NCBI RefSeq assembly: GCF_018350175.1 | Contig: NC_058368.1 | Location: 163,372,001 to 163,436,000, forward strand | DNA from: Felis catus | Lineage: Eukaryota | Reading direction: 5' to 3' | DNA: 64,000 nucleotides | In this document: positions 26,981 through 39,810 of the stretch, in pieces | Layout of the letters: every line of letters begins with the position of its first letter | Position numbering within the stretch: position 1 is the stretch's first letter | Position numbers and translations under genes: made by a program | The notes under the pieces: generated by a model | Seen by the model: the letters and a program-made list of their open reading frames with translations, nothing else | What the model was told of the DNA's origin: nothing | Databases searched by the model: none

Positions 26981-27827
26981 CCCTAAAAAGACTGTAAATC
27001 CCATGTGGGCTAAAGGGAATGCCATTTTGAAATATAAATGATAATAGAAGGAAATTACAGGAAATTAAGTTATGGGATGAGCCCATATTCGGAATATTTA
27101 ATTTATATTAAGAAAGCAATTTTTCCCAGTGAAATGATAAACTAATAAGACAGGCTTGAATAAAATTTGAATATGAATAATAATTCTCATAACAACACAT
27201 GGTATTCCTATAGCACTAATATGCATTTTAGTTTTAGAAAGGTTATAGCATCAATGCATTCATTTTGTAAAATAATGGATACTACTTCCATAGGGTAGTA
27301 TAGAATTACAGTTGAGAATGTAAACAGTAAAAAAAGAAAACCAGTATTTTATGAGTCTGTTAAATGATACTCTGTAAAGTTCCTCTCCCTTTTCTCCCTT
27401 CCTGCCTAACTCCCAACCCACATACATGAACATGCACTCCCTCTGGGCACAGGTGTGAGCCATGAGCAGGAAGCCTACTCAGATGCAAGCCCACTTACCC
27501 GCAGGTCATACGGGGCTAGGAGATGTCCCTCCATGTCCTGGAAGAACCACCTGCATCAAATGTTTAACTTTCTTCTTCTGCAGCCACCTGGAAATTAGGT
27601 TTTGCAGGGAAATTCTATCAGTGACCTACCAGGATTTTCAGCTGAGTATTCTTCCACCCAATCTGAGCATAAGTTTGTAGTAAGCTAAAAATCTTAGGAC
27701 TGGAGAAAATTTTGCCTGAGTGGAACAATGATAGTTAACTAATAAAAAGCACTTTTTAAAAATAGGGACTGATATTTTCATAGCAGGGACTCAACAGAAT
27801 ATACAACCATTAAAAAATGGTGGATTT

Positions 27828-28239
27828 GGGGGGGGTGCCTGGGTGACTCAGTCAGTTAAGCATCCGACTCGATTTCAGCTCAGGTCATGACCTCATGGTT
27901 CCTAGGATCAAGCCCCGTGTCAGGCTTTTTGCTTATGGCATGGGGCCTGCTTGGGATTCTCTCTCTCCCTCTCTCTGCCCCTCCGTGCTTTCTCTTTCTC
28001 TCTCTTAAAATAAATAAACATTTTCAAAAAAACAAGGGGATTTGGAGGCATCTGGGTGGCTTAGTCGGCTGAGCATCTGACTCTTGGTTTTGGCTCAGGT
28101 CATGATCTCGCATTTTGTGGGTTCACACCCCGCATCGGGCTCTGTGCTGACAGTGCACAGCCTGCTTGGGATTCTCTCTCTCTGCCCCTCCCTGGCTTGC
28201 TTTCTCTGTGTCTCTCAAAATGAATAAATAAGCTTAAAC
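27828..28239 (+). mobile_element. Two head-to-tail CAN-SINEs (about 27828-28032 and 28044-28239)
   Basis: Two SINEC heads, each preceded by ...ggattt. Confidence 0.9.
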
Positions 28240-28318
28240 AATAGACGGATTTAAAATAAGACGCATTAATTTACTTAATGGTAATATTTTTTAACCTAGA
28301 TATATTAAATTTCTTTTT

Positions 28319-28539
28319 TTTTTTTTAATTTTTTTTCAACGTTTATTTATTTTTGGGACAGAGAGAGACAGAGCATGAACGGGGGAGGGTCACAGAGAGA
28401 GGGAGACACAGAATCGGAAACAGGTTCCAGGCTCTGAGCCATCAGCCCAGAGCCCGACGCGGGGCTCAAACTCACGGACTGCGAGATCGTGACCTGGCTG
28501 AAGTCGGACGCTTAACCGACTGTGCCACCCAGGCGCCCC
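28319..28539 (-). mobile_element. Young feline CAN-SINE
   Basis: TSD taaatttcttttt at 28306-28318 and 28540-28552; same subfamily as the 20595 copy. Confidence 0.96.
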
Positions 28540-29067
28540 TAAATTTCTTTTTAAATAGTAAATATGAATATGTCTTAGACAAAGTTGCATCGATGTATAT
28601 ACTGGCAACATAGTACTACCTAATTTATGCAAAAGCAGTATTTTGTGGCTGACTGCAGTACATATTTTATATTCAATATGAGACTTCTCTAAATTCGTTT
28701 CTAATATTTAGTCAAGTTTAAACAAACCAAAAAAGAATTTTATTAAGTCAGTTAATTAAGCTAATTAAGTCAGTTAATTTCCCAGAAAGTTTATATGCTA
28801 AATTTTTAAATTAACTCTTGAGAATTGGTAGATAATATTTACCTATTTGGTCATTTTTCTTGGTCGTATTTTTCATTTGGAACCAGTTATTTCAGGTACA
28901 TATGAGAATGTCTGATGGATATTCATAGATATCAAATACAGTACTTTAATCAACATTTTAAAGTGTATTATATGAAAGATAAAGGTATATGATCAATAAC
29001 TCCTTAATGTATAAGTTTAAAAACACCATGAAGCCCCTTATGAAACAATTCAAAGTTTTGAAAATTA

Positions 29068-29510
29068 ATTTTTTTTAAAGTTTATTTATTTAAAAAAAAA
29101 TTTTAATGTTTTATTTATTTTTGAGACAGAGAGAGACAGAGCATGAACGGGGGAGGGGCAGAGAGAGAGGGAGACACATAATCGGAAGCAGGCTCCAGGC
29201 TCTGATCCATCAGCCAAGAGCCCGACGCGGGGCTCGAACCCACAGACCGCGAGATCATGACCTGAGCTGAAGTCGGACGCTTAACCCGACTGAGCCACCC
29301 AGGCGCCCCCGTTTATTTATTTTTGAGACAGAGAGAGACAGAGCATGAATGGGGGAGGGTCAGAGAGAGAGGGAGACACAGAATCTGAAACAGGCTCCAG
29401 GCTCTGAGCTGTCAGCCCAGAGCCCGACGCGGGGCTCGAACTCACGGATCGTGAGATCGTGACCTGAGCCGAAGTTGGACACTTAACCGACTGAGCCACT
29501 CAGGCGCCCC
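29068..29510 (-). mobile_element. CAN-SINE with a second CAN-SINE (29092-29310) nested in its tail
   Basis: Inner TSD gtttatttattt at 29080-29091 and 29311-29322. Confidence 0.92.
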
Positions 29511-30300
29511 ATGAAACTTAAGTTCTTTAAAGTGTTCATATTTCGTTCCAGAATTAGTATTTCCCATCATTCTTTTTTTTTAATGGGATTAGGGCTGAGG
29601 GCATGATCAATGGAAGGATTATCAGAGTCACAGTGTCCAACAAGATTTGGGTTTCTTTAAAATGGGACATTTGAGAATATTTTGTACTTTCTTAAACCTC
29701 TATTACATATGTTTATATGAAATAATATATTTTACTAAAACCTTCATAGAACATAGATGATAAATAGGTAGATAGATAAATAGATAGCTATAAATATTTT
29801 TCTGGAATGCCTTAGACCAAGTTCATAAAATTAACCTGACTCAGCAGTATGATATATTAGGGGTAACTGGTTATGCCATAACAAGTTGTAAACATTTATT
29901 AAAATAGATTATTCATTCTTCTTTCCTTCAACAACTATGTTATTGAGGGCTTAACTGTTTTCAGGTTCATCACACTTTGTCAGATTGAGAGCTAGCTGAT
30001 ATAAAAAGTAGTAATCACATAAGCACTTTATTTTGCTTGATGAAAGACCTGCACCGCTGTAATTTTGGAATACAGCTCGTACTAGGAGGCATTGTTCAGG
30101 GAATCACATTGGCATTAGGAAATGCATAAAGGGCTATTCAACAGAGCCAGGGCCTACGTGTGAACACAGCCTCCCAACATACTTTCTCATGTTAATAGTC
30201 ATTAGGTTGACAGAGTTGAATTGCCCGTGTTGTTCTTTATGGAAAATAAGGGTAGATGTGTCAGAATTCTCCCTTAGGAATACAGAAAGCAGTTTGATTT

Positions 30301-30493
30301 TTTTTAAGTTTATTTATTTATTTTTGGGGGGGAGCATGCACACTCGTTTGCATGTGAGCAGGGGAGGGGCAGAGAGAGGGAGAGAGAGAATCCCAAGCAG
30401 GCTCCGTGCTGTAGCACAGAGCCGACACGGGGCTCGATTTTACAAACCTGGAGATCATGACCTGAGCCAGAATCAAGAGTTGATGTTTAACCA
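30301..30493 (-). mobile_element. 5'-truncated CAN-SINE
   Basis: TSD aaagcagtttgattt at 30286-30300 and 30494-30508; lacks the ggggcgcctgggtggctcag head. Confidence 0.92.
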
Positions 30494-31846
30494 AAAGCAG
30501 TTTGATTTAACGTCATATTTTTTTGTTACTGTTGAGTGGAAGAAAGAAGGATGTGGAATAAAATAGGCAAATTAGTTTGCTGATATTAAGGGTGTCTTGA
30601 GTCCTAACCCATTTAAGAAGTGATAGTTTCCCTGTCAGATAGGAACTCAGAGTTACCTCAACTACAAGTTCAGTTATGGATGGAAAGGAATAAAGTATGA
30701 CTCTTTTCTTTCTCTTCAGCTCTTTAATGAAATTTTCTGTATGACAGCAAAGATTCTTAAGTTATTTGACCAGCTCAATTTTGTATCATAAAATCAGTAT
30801 CTTAAAAAAACTATATTGGTGAGCGGATTATGCTATCTCACAGGCATGTGTTTAGAGATGAACATGGGCATGATGTTCCCGTACAGGTAAAATATGGAAG
30901 GATCTGTCCATGGATTGGTTGCAAGTTTCATTTATTACTATATAAATTTATTAATATTTTACTTTCACTAATTGGAGAAGCATACATGATTATTTTGCTT
31001 TCCCTCTCTGCATGATGATTCAAGGTCTCCTAAACTAGAGCCACATCTCGAATTTCTTCTCCCTCATCTCTGTCCCTTGATCTATATATTTTACTTCCCT
31101 TTAAACAGGGGAAGGGTAGATAATATGGTGAGAGGTTCTGGTTTTATTACTTTGACACCAGCCATTTCTTTTATAGCACATAGTTTTCTGACCAACTCCA
31201 GCAATGTTAAAATGGAATTCTTAGGAATGGTGTTTTGACACATGAAGATCTGTGTAGTGAACAGGTGTTTGTTTGGGATTGCACCTCACCATTTGCTTAT
31301 ATTTCACGGGAGAAGCAATTACACTGACAGGTATCAGATTCAGAGAATGAGAAGCCAAATGACTTTTAAAGCATGAAAAGTGCTTCCCATGGCAGGGATT
31401 CATTCCTCTGGTCTCTCAGGGGCTCTACATTTTCAGACCTTACAGAAACTACATCCCTGTTTTGAAAAAAAAAATTTTTCCTTCCCTTGCTGATGTCATT
31501 CTGTTGCTATGGAGAGGAAGAGAGTGCCACATGACATTGCTGGAAAAATCACCACTGACGTATTTTTGTAGAGCAAATAGTCCACTTCATAGCTTGTTTT
31601 TTATTAGCAGAGGCTTGCTAAAAATTGTCAGAACACCAAAAAGGAAACATTCATCTGCGCAAACTACCTTGGAAATGAAAGTCTCATGATGGTGTATCAA
31701 AATAATTTCCTCCTAATAGTAATGCAGAGAATGAAATACATGATAACCCAGATGAATTGAGAAAGAAGAAAACATGTTTTAAACTACTAGGCATAACTTA
31801 TATTATTTGGAACTTTTATCTTGGAAATGTCCATCCCACTGTTTTA

Positions 31847-32067
31847 TTTTATTTATTTATTTTGAGAGAGAGAGAGAGAGAGAGCGTGCGCGAGCATGTG
31901 TAAGCAGGGAAGGGTCAGAGAGAAAAACAGAGAGAGAGAATCCCAAGCACGCTCCATACTGTCAGCAAAGAGCCCAACATGAGGCTCAACCTCACAAACT
32001 GTGAAATCATGACCTGAGCCAAAACCAAGAATCGGACACTTAACTGACTGAGCCACCCACACACCCA
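31847..32067 (-). mobile_element. CAN-SINE
   Basis: Flanked by catc(c/g)cactgtttta. Confidence 0.92.
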
Positions 32068-32801
32068 TCATCGCACTGTTTTAAAATCTATTTTTAATAT
32101 TGAGTCTTTCAGTTGTTCAGTGTTGCCCCATGGAGGTCTGAGTCTTTAGAAGAGCTTAGGATTGCTTTCATTTTGTATCACTCCTGAGGCTCCCTTTTCT
32201 TCCCTGGTGTAGAAGCCAAGGTGCCAGTTCAGGTTTCAGGGATACATTTATGATGTCTTAGGGTCAGTACATGACTCTCCATTCATGTGACCATGAGGAA
32301 GAAGGCAGTTACCCAAAGCGAGATCCTAGACTCTCAGGGTTAAATGGAAGAAAGCATTTTTGAAGGCTTGTAAATAATATATGACATTCCTGTTAAAGTG
32401 TCCTGAATTTTACCGTTATTAAATGAATAATTAAGATTTTTCTGTCAGAAAAGTACTTTGCCCAATCTCTGAGTTTTAGCAAATGGAAGAAGGGCTAAAG
32501 AATAAAAGGACTTAAAAGAGGAAAGAATGGCTGCTTAAATGCCATTTCCATCTGCCGTACTTGGTACTGCATGGAGTGAGTGCGAATGGATACTCCATTA
32601 TGAAGTAGAAATAGGCCTTTGACACTGTGCTTTAGATACTGAAAACTGTGATGGGCTTTAATGAAAGCTATAAAATAAGTGCACAATATTTCCACCTCGG
32701 AACCTATTGCTGGCAGATTTACTGGTTGTGTTTTTCTTGCATTAAGAATGTGTTTTATGTGAATGGCTGATTTGTTATGTCTTTTTTTTTTTTGCTTGCA
32801 G

Positions 32802-32986
32802 TGGCACATCTAGTGATGAAATGTGCAACTTATACATTATGTATTACATGGAAGCTAGGCATGCAGTCTCTTTCATGACCTGCACGCAGAATGTAGCTCC
32901 AGATGTGTTCAGAACCATACCACCGGAGGCCAGTATTCCAATTCCTGTGCAGTCTGATATGGTTATGATGCATGGACATCACAAAG
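32802..32986 (+). CDS. PAM: PAM coding exon 6 of 9 (GTSSDEMCNLYIMYYMEARHAVSFMTCTQNVAPDVFRTIPPEASIPIPVQSDMVMMHGHHK; CuM Met ligand and His cluster)
   Basis: tttgcttgcag|TG ... AAAG|gtaaaa; 185 nt; DEMC motif of copper type II ascorbate-dependent monooxygenases. Confidence 0.98.
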
Positions 32987-34035
32987 GTAAAACGGGTATT
33001 AATTTACAGTACAATATGATTTCGTATTTTATATTTTCTTGCATATCACACTTGACTGTATGATTGATATTTAAAATCACCCTCCACCTGTACACACAAT
33101 CCAGTTCCCACTTTCCCTTCTTTTATAACCTGTCGTCCCTCCTGACATGTCCCCATCAAAACAGTTAAAGTGAAAAATCTCAACTGGTGATGAAACAGAT
33201 TAATTTGGGGACCAATTCCAGAAATGTACCTCTTTTTTCATTCAATTCATGTTTTCTAGTTTCCCCATTTGATTCCTTCCATAGCAAGTAATGACTTATG
33301 TAATTTATGAATTTATACACCATGTTCTGAAGAGTGCTTCAGTTTGCCAATGAAAATGGTGATTGTCTCCGACCATACCCTAAATTATCTATTTTAATGG
33401 GCCTCCTCAAGCAAAGAAGAGTTTGTGATTTATGAGGCATTTCTAATCTTGGCCTTTTTGGTCTCATTCTCAAGAATTGTTGATGAACTTGCTCTTCCTC
33501 TGCAAAATGATCATACTGATTGTCATTTTGTTAGTTTAAAATTGCAAAACCCACACCCTGTTTTATTGGATGAAGTATGCTGAGACTTCATTGAGTTTTA
33601 CAAGTTCAATCTTAAAGTGCCAGAGCACCTTCTTATGTCTTTCTATTAGAAATTGTATGAATGAAGTTTGCATAGCAATTAGGTCACTTATTAAGATCTT
33701 AATATATTTATAGAATGTGCCTTAAAATGTTCGTAAAATATCCTTAAAATTTCAGTAAGTTCAATTTTTAAAATTACAAGCAGTTTTATTAACGCATTTT
33801 TAGTTTGGTATCAGGTATGTCTTACTGAAAGGGTAGTTGATTATTAAGTCAGAAATCTTCTTCTTAATTGGTGGTTACACTGGAGATTTTTGCGAATTAA
33901 ATTCTTAATGCTATTGTTTTTATGAAACATAAGACCCTGAAAATATTTTTATGTTGATGGCATATTTCCAATAAGCTATTTAAAGTATATGATATATCCC
34001 ACAAATTTATGCTCAGCTTTTTTGATCCTTCACAG

Positions 34036-34104
34036 AAACAGAGAACAAAGATAAGACTTCGTTACAACAGCAGCCAAAAGGAGAAGAAGAAGTGTTAGAA
34101 CAGG
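34036..34104 (+). CDS. PAM: PAM coding exon 7 of 9 (linker ETENKDKTSLQQQPKGEEEVLEQ)
   Basis: ccttcacag|AA ... CAGG|gtatgt; 69 nt; phase 1-1. Confidence 0.94.
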
Positions 34105-37100
34105 GTATGTATGCATAGTTTTATAACTTGGCCTATAAAAGTGTTCATATTCCAATTGGGCAACCAAATCTTAAAGTTACTAAGATATTTTAGGTCTTAC
34201 CAGCCTCGATCCCTGTGTATTGCTGTGTTTGTATAATATAAAATTCATGAGAAAATGGTCAATTGTTGTATTTTAGCTTTGAAAGTAAAATTCCTTGATG
34301 TAATAATTTGGACCCATCAGATATTTCTTTGTTTTGGTTTACTTAATATTGTATCTTTTATATATAGCGCAAATATAATTGTTAGAAACATTCATTGGGC
34401 AGCATTTTAAACTTGAAAGGACTTTACCATTTAAAATCTTGTGTATTTTGTATGGTATGTTCATTGACTGTATTTGAAATAAATTAGGACTTAAACTTGC
34501 ATCTGGCCTCTCTTAAGTCTTCTCTGCCTTCAGTAAGGTAGGTGGGATTACCAACTTAGGCATTTATAGTTTTATATTACATTGCCATCTGATGAATCAG
34601 GAGAGCATCCTTCTTCTTCTGATCCATTTATTTGAAGCTGTAATACCTGGTCCTTGCATGTCATACACTGCGTATCTTGGCACTGAAAAATATTTTCCTC
34701 AATTTTTTCTTACTAGTTGTTTCAAAGATGATACTTTGTGTTAGGTGTTGGAGTATGTTATCAAGTCTTTTTGGCCTAGATAGGAAGGATATATTTTTAA
34801 AAATTAATGTTAATGCAAACATACTTCTTAGGACAACATAAAGTGTACAGGAAATAGATATTTTCTATTGGCAACAGACAGAAATTTCTCACTCTTTGGA
34901 TATTGTAAACCACAATTGGAATTCTTCACAATGTATCCTAGGAGGTCTAGGACAAAGATAACACTCTTGCATTAAGAGTATTTGCAAAATTAAAGAATAC
35001 AGACTTTTTAAAGGGAAACATGCACTCTGAAAGGGAAATAAGGTAAACCGTAATAGAAATGTTTTTCAGTTATATAGAGTATGTTCCATAGCATCTCATT
35101 CCAACAAAATGGCCTTTGGGAAAAATAAAATAGAACTTTAGCTCAAAGTTGTTGGTACTTTTCTGTTGAGTCAAAAAAAGGGAGATGATGTTATACTAAA
35201 TGGCTCATACTATTGAGTATGATTTAAATTAGCTAAATTTATCAATCCTTTGTGTATAATTGTAAGGAAGTTAGTAATTATAACCTAAATATGGTAGTAG
35301 TAGTAATAGTGTTTGCCATAATTGTACTGAAATTTGATCAGACTTAAAATGAATCATTTCAATTTTGATATTGAACACACTGTTTGAAATATATGTCTTT
35401 GAAATAACTTGAGTCATCTTAGCATACTCTTCCAAATAGTAACATACGTGATACAGTATGGAATGAGACCATCATTTAGTAGATGTGTCTAATAAAAAGG
35501 TAAGTTTCTATGAAAACTTAGGCTGGGCTGTGTTTTCCTTTTCAAGTTTGTTGAGTTAATCAAGGGAGACACTGAAACTTCTGAAAGGTTAGAAACCCAG
35601 AAGTTTCACTAGGTGAAGAACCTTAAATGTCAAGTTTAACCTGTTCTTTTCAAATAAGATTTAGGACGGGTCTATCACTTATGCCTAAAAACCAAATTCT
35701 TTAAAACACTCATGTTTTGCCAGTCATTTACCCTTTCATATCTGATAGCATACATATAATATTAAGAAGTTTAAATATATCCAAAGACTTACTGATTCCA
35801 GAGAAGAATTCCACGGACACAGAAAAAAATATTTTCTTATAGTTAGTGCTTTATTCTACTTACGAATAAAAGTGCTGTAAAGTTATTTCACTTGAGAAGA
35901 AAAAATATTCTTCTGACTGAATTTTCATACTACCGAAAATGGTCTATGGCATTCACATGTTGACATTAGTGGGTCCATCAAAATGTCACCTCCCAGGTTA
36001 TTTGAAGACAGATACCTAACCAAAAACCATTCAATGTCCATTGTAGCCTATATATTATTCTACGGGCCTTTGGGGACCACCAGCCTGTAACTTAGAGAAT
36101 ATAAAGGTATGCCAAATGCATATTTATACACATAGTCCAGTTGATTCGCTAATGAGGTCAATCTGTCTCCTTGCACTACACGTGGCAAATCTACTCATTA
36201 CTAAGAGAGTAAGTACCCCATTCTTCTGAAAGATGTTGATTTGCACAAAATGTGTATTTGTATTCATTCCCTGAGTTGATAGATTGATCAGGGCTCTAAT
36301 TATTCAGATAAATTATGCCACATCTGCTGATTTTAAAGTAAACCCTCCAACTCAACCTCCTGCCTTATTTTGGTGCTCTGGACAAAACAATTTGTGTTCA
36401 GGTACTCCTCCAGGTTGTACTGATTCTTTTAATATTTTAAATCCCTAATAAATAAAAGCCATGAATCATTTCAGTTGTGCTAGCCACAAGTTAACAGACA
36501 GCATCTATGTTGGTTACACAGAGGATGTCAGATCCCCAGTGGAAATAGAACACTTGTGGAGCAGGAAAGAAAAGACCCCAAATGTCAGAAAGGCAAGTTC
36601 TATACCCATCAGTAGCTAAATAATAGAGATAGTTCTTCCTGGAGAATACAAACAATATTATTTTTACTTCCTATCTTAATACATTGGAAAGCATACAGGA
36701 AGATAAAGGTCAAGATATATAATAAATGCTCCATTGGAAAGAAGGGATGACTTTTATTAAGGTAGTAAAAAAAGAGAGAGCGAAAAGTATTCATATGCTA
36801 TAGGCTGAAAAAAAATGTAGCTCTGTCACATTATTTATCTGATACTCTGTTTCTCCAAAAGGAATAGAAATGGGGTGTTTTTGAAATTCGAATCACTGAA
36901 ATTGCTAGCTATTATTTTTTGTCAGGATATTAACCTTGATTGGAAATTTTACTAGAGTTTGAAAGAGATGGCTCAGATCTATGAATCTATGTAGTACTGC
37001 CCAGCCTATGCTTACAAACATGCTTACCTTCTGCAGTATCCTTGTATATATTTGCTTCCTGTAGAACAAAATTTGGTGTAAGGCAAATATATCTCAGACC

Positions 37101-39642
37101 TTATCTCAAAAGATGTAATTATGAAGACATCAGAAGAGCCTCATTGTATGACAGCTTTACCTATCAGGTTGTCCTGGATCGTACAACAATGAGACACATT
37201 TTAGTGAAGCTTTAATTAAGTCTGTGGGAGGGCGGTGGGGGCGGTTAAAACATAATGTTTATTTGACTGAGTTGTTAAATAATATTCATTTAAAAAGATA
37301 TGGAATTTAAGGAAAAGTATAAAGAATCAAATAAAAATCATCCATTATCCCCAGAAATATGGATGTATATGGACATCTTTGTGTGAAATATATATTATAT
37401 ATACATTATTTTAATAATGTTTAGATCATATATGCACAGTTTTGTATCCTTTTTTTAAAATATTATATCTTGAATATTTCTTCCAACTACAGAAATTACT
37501 GGCAAGCATGATTTTTAATGCCTGCATAATATGTGTATATTCCTACCTATACTGCTTTGAAAATAGCCTGTTTGCCTGTAGGTGAGCTAATCTGTTAATG
37601 AGTTGATTATGTCTGCCTCCAAGCAGAAAAAACACTAATAGGTATTCAAAATGAACTGAAATGTTACTATCCTTTGAAAACACTGTAAGTGAGGAATCAC
37701 CTATATCTGTAATAAGTACAGTCAGCTAAACAGTACGACTCAATTAGACATTGATTCTGAGCGGAGAAAATGAATCCCAGGAGACTTCAGAATGAAAGGG
37801 TGGTGTTGAGGTTTCCCAGAGCAGACACATGAACATATCCTTTACTTATATCTTATGGTTGGCACTTTTAGGAGAGTAAAGTGTGTTTTGTAATTTCTCT
37901 ATATTTCTTATGCGTATGACTTCTCATGTACGTTCGCTATACCTGTGGTACAACCTGAGCTTTCTTTCAACATTGTTTGGGTGAGGAGCTTGGGCTGAAA
38001 CAAGGAAGCTTACCAGCTTCAAGCAAGCATCAATGCAACTACTATTAGGAGTGCTGATTTTGAGTGTTTCTCTCCTTTATAATTCAAAGTATAAGGTGCA
38101 GTATTGAAATTCTGCATTGAATTCTGCATTCTGCAATGAAATTCTGAACATTGAAATTCAGTGTTAGTTGTATTGTGAAGATTTGATGTCTTAAAAAAAA
38201 ATCATGGCAGAATTGAAAGTCAAAATCTACAATGCCAGTTGTCCTTGTTATTATACATTATGCTCTAGACAGCATTGCTTTTGCTGCAGAAAGGGCCTTT
38301 TAACATGTTTTACTCAGTTTTCTCCAAACTCTTCTCATTGTAGTCTTTGTGCCCTCATATAATCAATCTTTCTACTCAAAGGTCAGCATGAGTGACTATA
38401 TTCCCAAGGCAGGGAGAATATGACAAAAATACAATTTGTAGAGGGAAAACACTCCATGACCCCAGATAGTTAAAGGTCTTCAGACACCTTCTGTGAAACA
38501 GAATAATTTCACCCTGGTTTTATGCTAACAAAAATGAATTACCATTGGCATGTTTTATCAAATAAGCAGAATCAAGGGAACAAGGTTTCAAGTTTAAAAG
38601 ACAATAGTCTACTGCAAAAGCTTGTTAAAGTGACAGTTGGTAAACCATTTATAGAGGAGTGGAGCAAAGTCCGGGCTTAATCACACAATTTGTATTTCTT
38701 TGCTTTATTCAAAATAGAATACTTCATTCATCCCCTAATAAAGTCCAAATGGTTTTAGTAGCATCTTCTTGGCTAATTCTAAGCGCCCTCAGTGCCACTT
38801 TGCTGTTTGAAAGAAGTTACAATTCTTGTTTGTATTCCCATTCGCTAAAAATTTATCGGTTTGTTATGATTTATGAGCAGCTCACAAGTCTTTACATATT
38901 GAACTCATCTATCAAACGCAATTCTAAATACCCCCCAAGGCTCTGGGAAGCTGAGTGGATGCTGTTTGAATTGGTTTCCTAATAGCAGAATAGGCAGATG
39001 AGAATGATCATTTATCACACAGTTGTGCTTTCTGATATAGATCTGTGTGCATGGTAGTTGCAAAAGCCATCATCTGCTAACTTCTCCTTTTTTATATTTG
39101 TCTCATTTTCTTAGGAAAAGGTGCAGGGAGAAGCTCATTTCTGATTGTTCAATTCAGTAGGAGGAAAAAATAATAAAGTTCGCTTCTTTTGAGATCCTTG
39201 AGCTGGTCATCATGATCATGCTTTATTTCTCTAAGGCTAGTGGGATAAATGTTAGTGTTAAGTAAGTGCTTAATAAACCAAATCAACTAACCAGAAAGGA
39301 AAATCAACTATGACTGAGTTACAAACCAAAAATATTAAAATCTGAAAAGAAATGCTTTTATTTCTCCATTCCTCATATCTCTGTCATTAATCAGTTACGT
39401 TGCACATTGCAATCTCACTAGCTTAGTTACTTGGCATATTTTGTCAGGGGTTAAACGCTGATGAACATCCTATTTACTTTCCATGTACCATAGAAATGAC
39501 AGAGCAATAATGAGAGTTGTTTGGTTTGGGTAATAAAGGACTAGTGGTATGTATGGGAAATAGGACTTCATAGTCTGAAGATTACCACAATGTTTCTGAT
39601 TATTTTTTTAAATGCCTCCACAATTAAGATTTTTCGCTGTCT

Positions 39643-39810
39643 AGGAGCGCCTGGGTGGCTCAGTTGGTTAAGTGGCTGACTCTCGGTTTCCACTCACGTC
39701 ATGATCTCACGTCAAGAGATCAAGTCCCATGTTGGGCTTTGTGCCGACAGCACTTTGGAGCCTGCTTGGGATTCTTTCTCAGAAATAAATAAATAAACTT
39801 TAAAAAAATA
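39643..39810 (+). mobile_element. CAN-SINE lacking most of the CT tract
   Basis: ggagcgcctgggtggctcagttggttaag..., aaataaataaataaa tail. Confidence 0.88.

Noticed and set aside
38102..38160. Degenerate attgaaattctgc repeats (similar micro-duplications near 12820-12895, 14575-14618, 28742-28779, 63658-63727)
   Set aside because: Short slippage duplications with no unique spacers or regular period; not CRISPR-like
39115..39120. 6-nt microexon GAAAAG followed by gtgcag
   Set aside because: Donor is very weak; the longer terminal/poison exon reading is better supported
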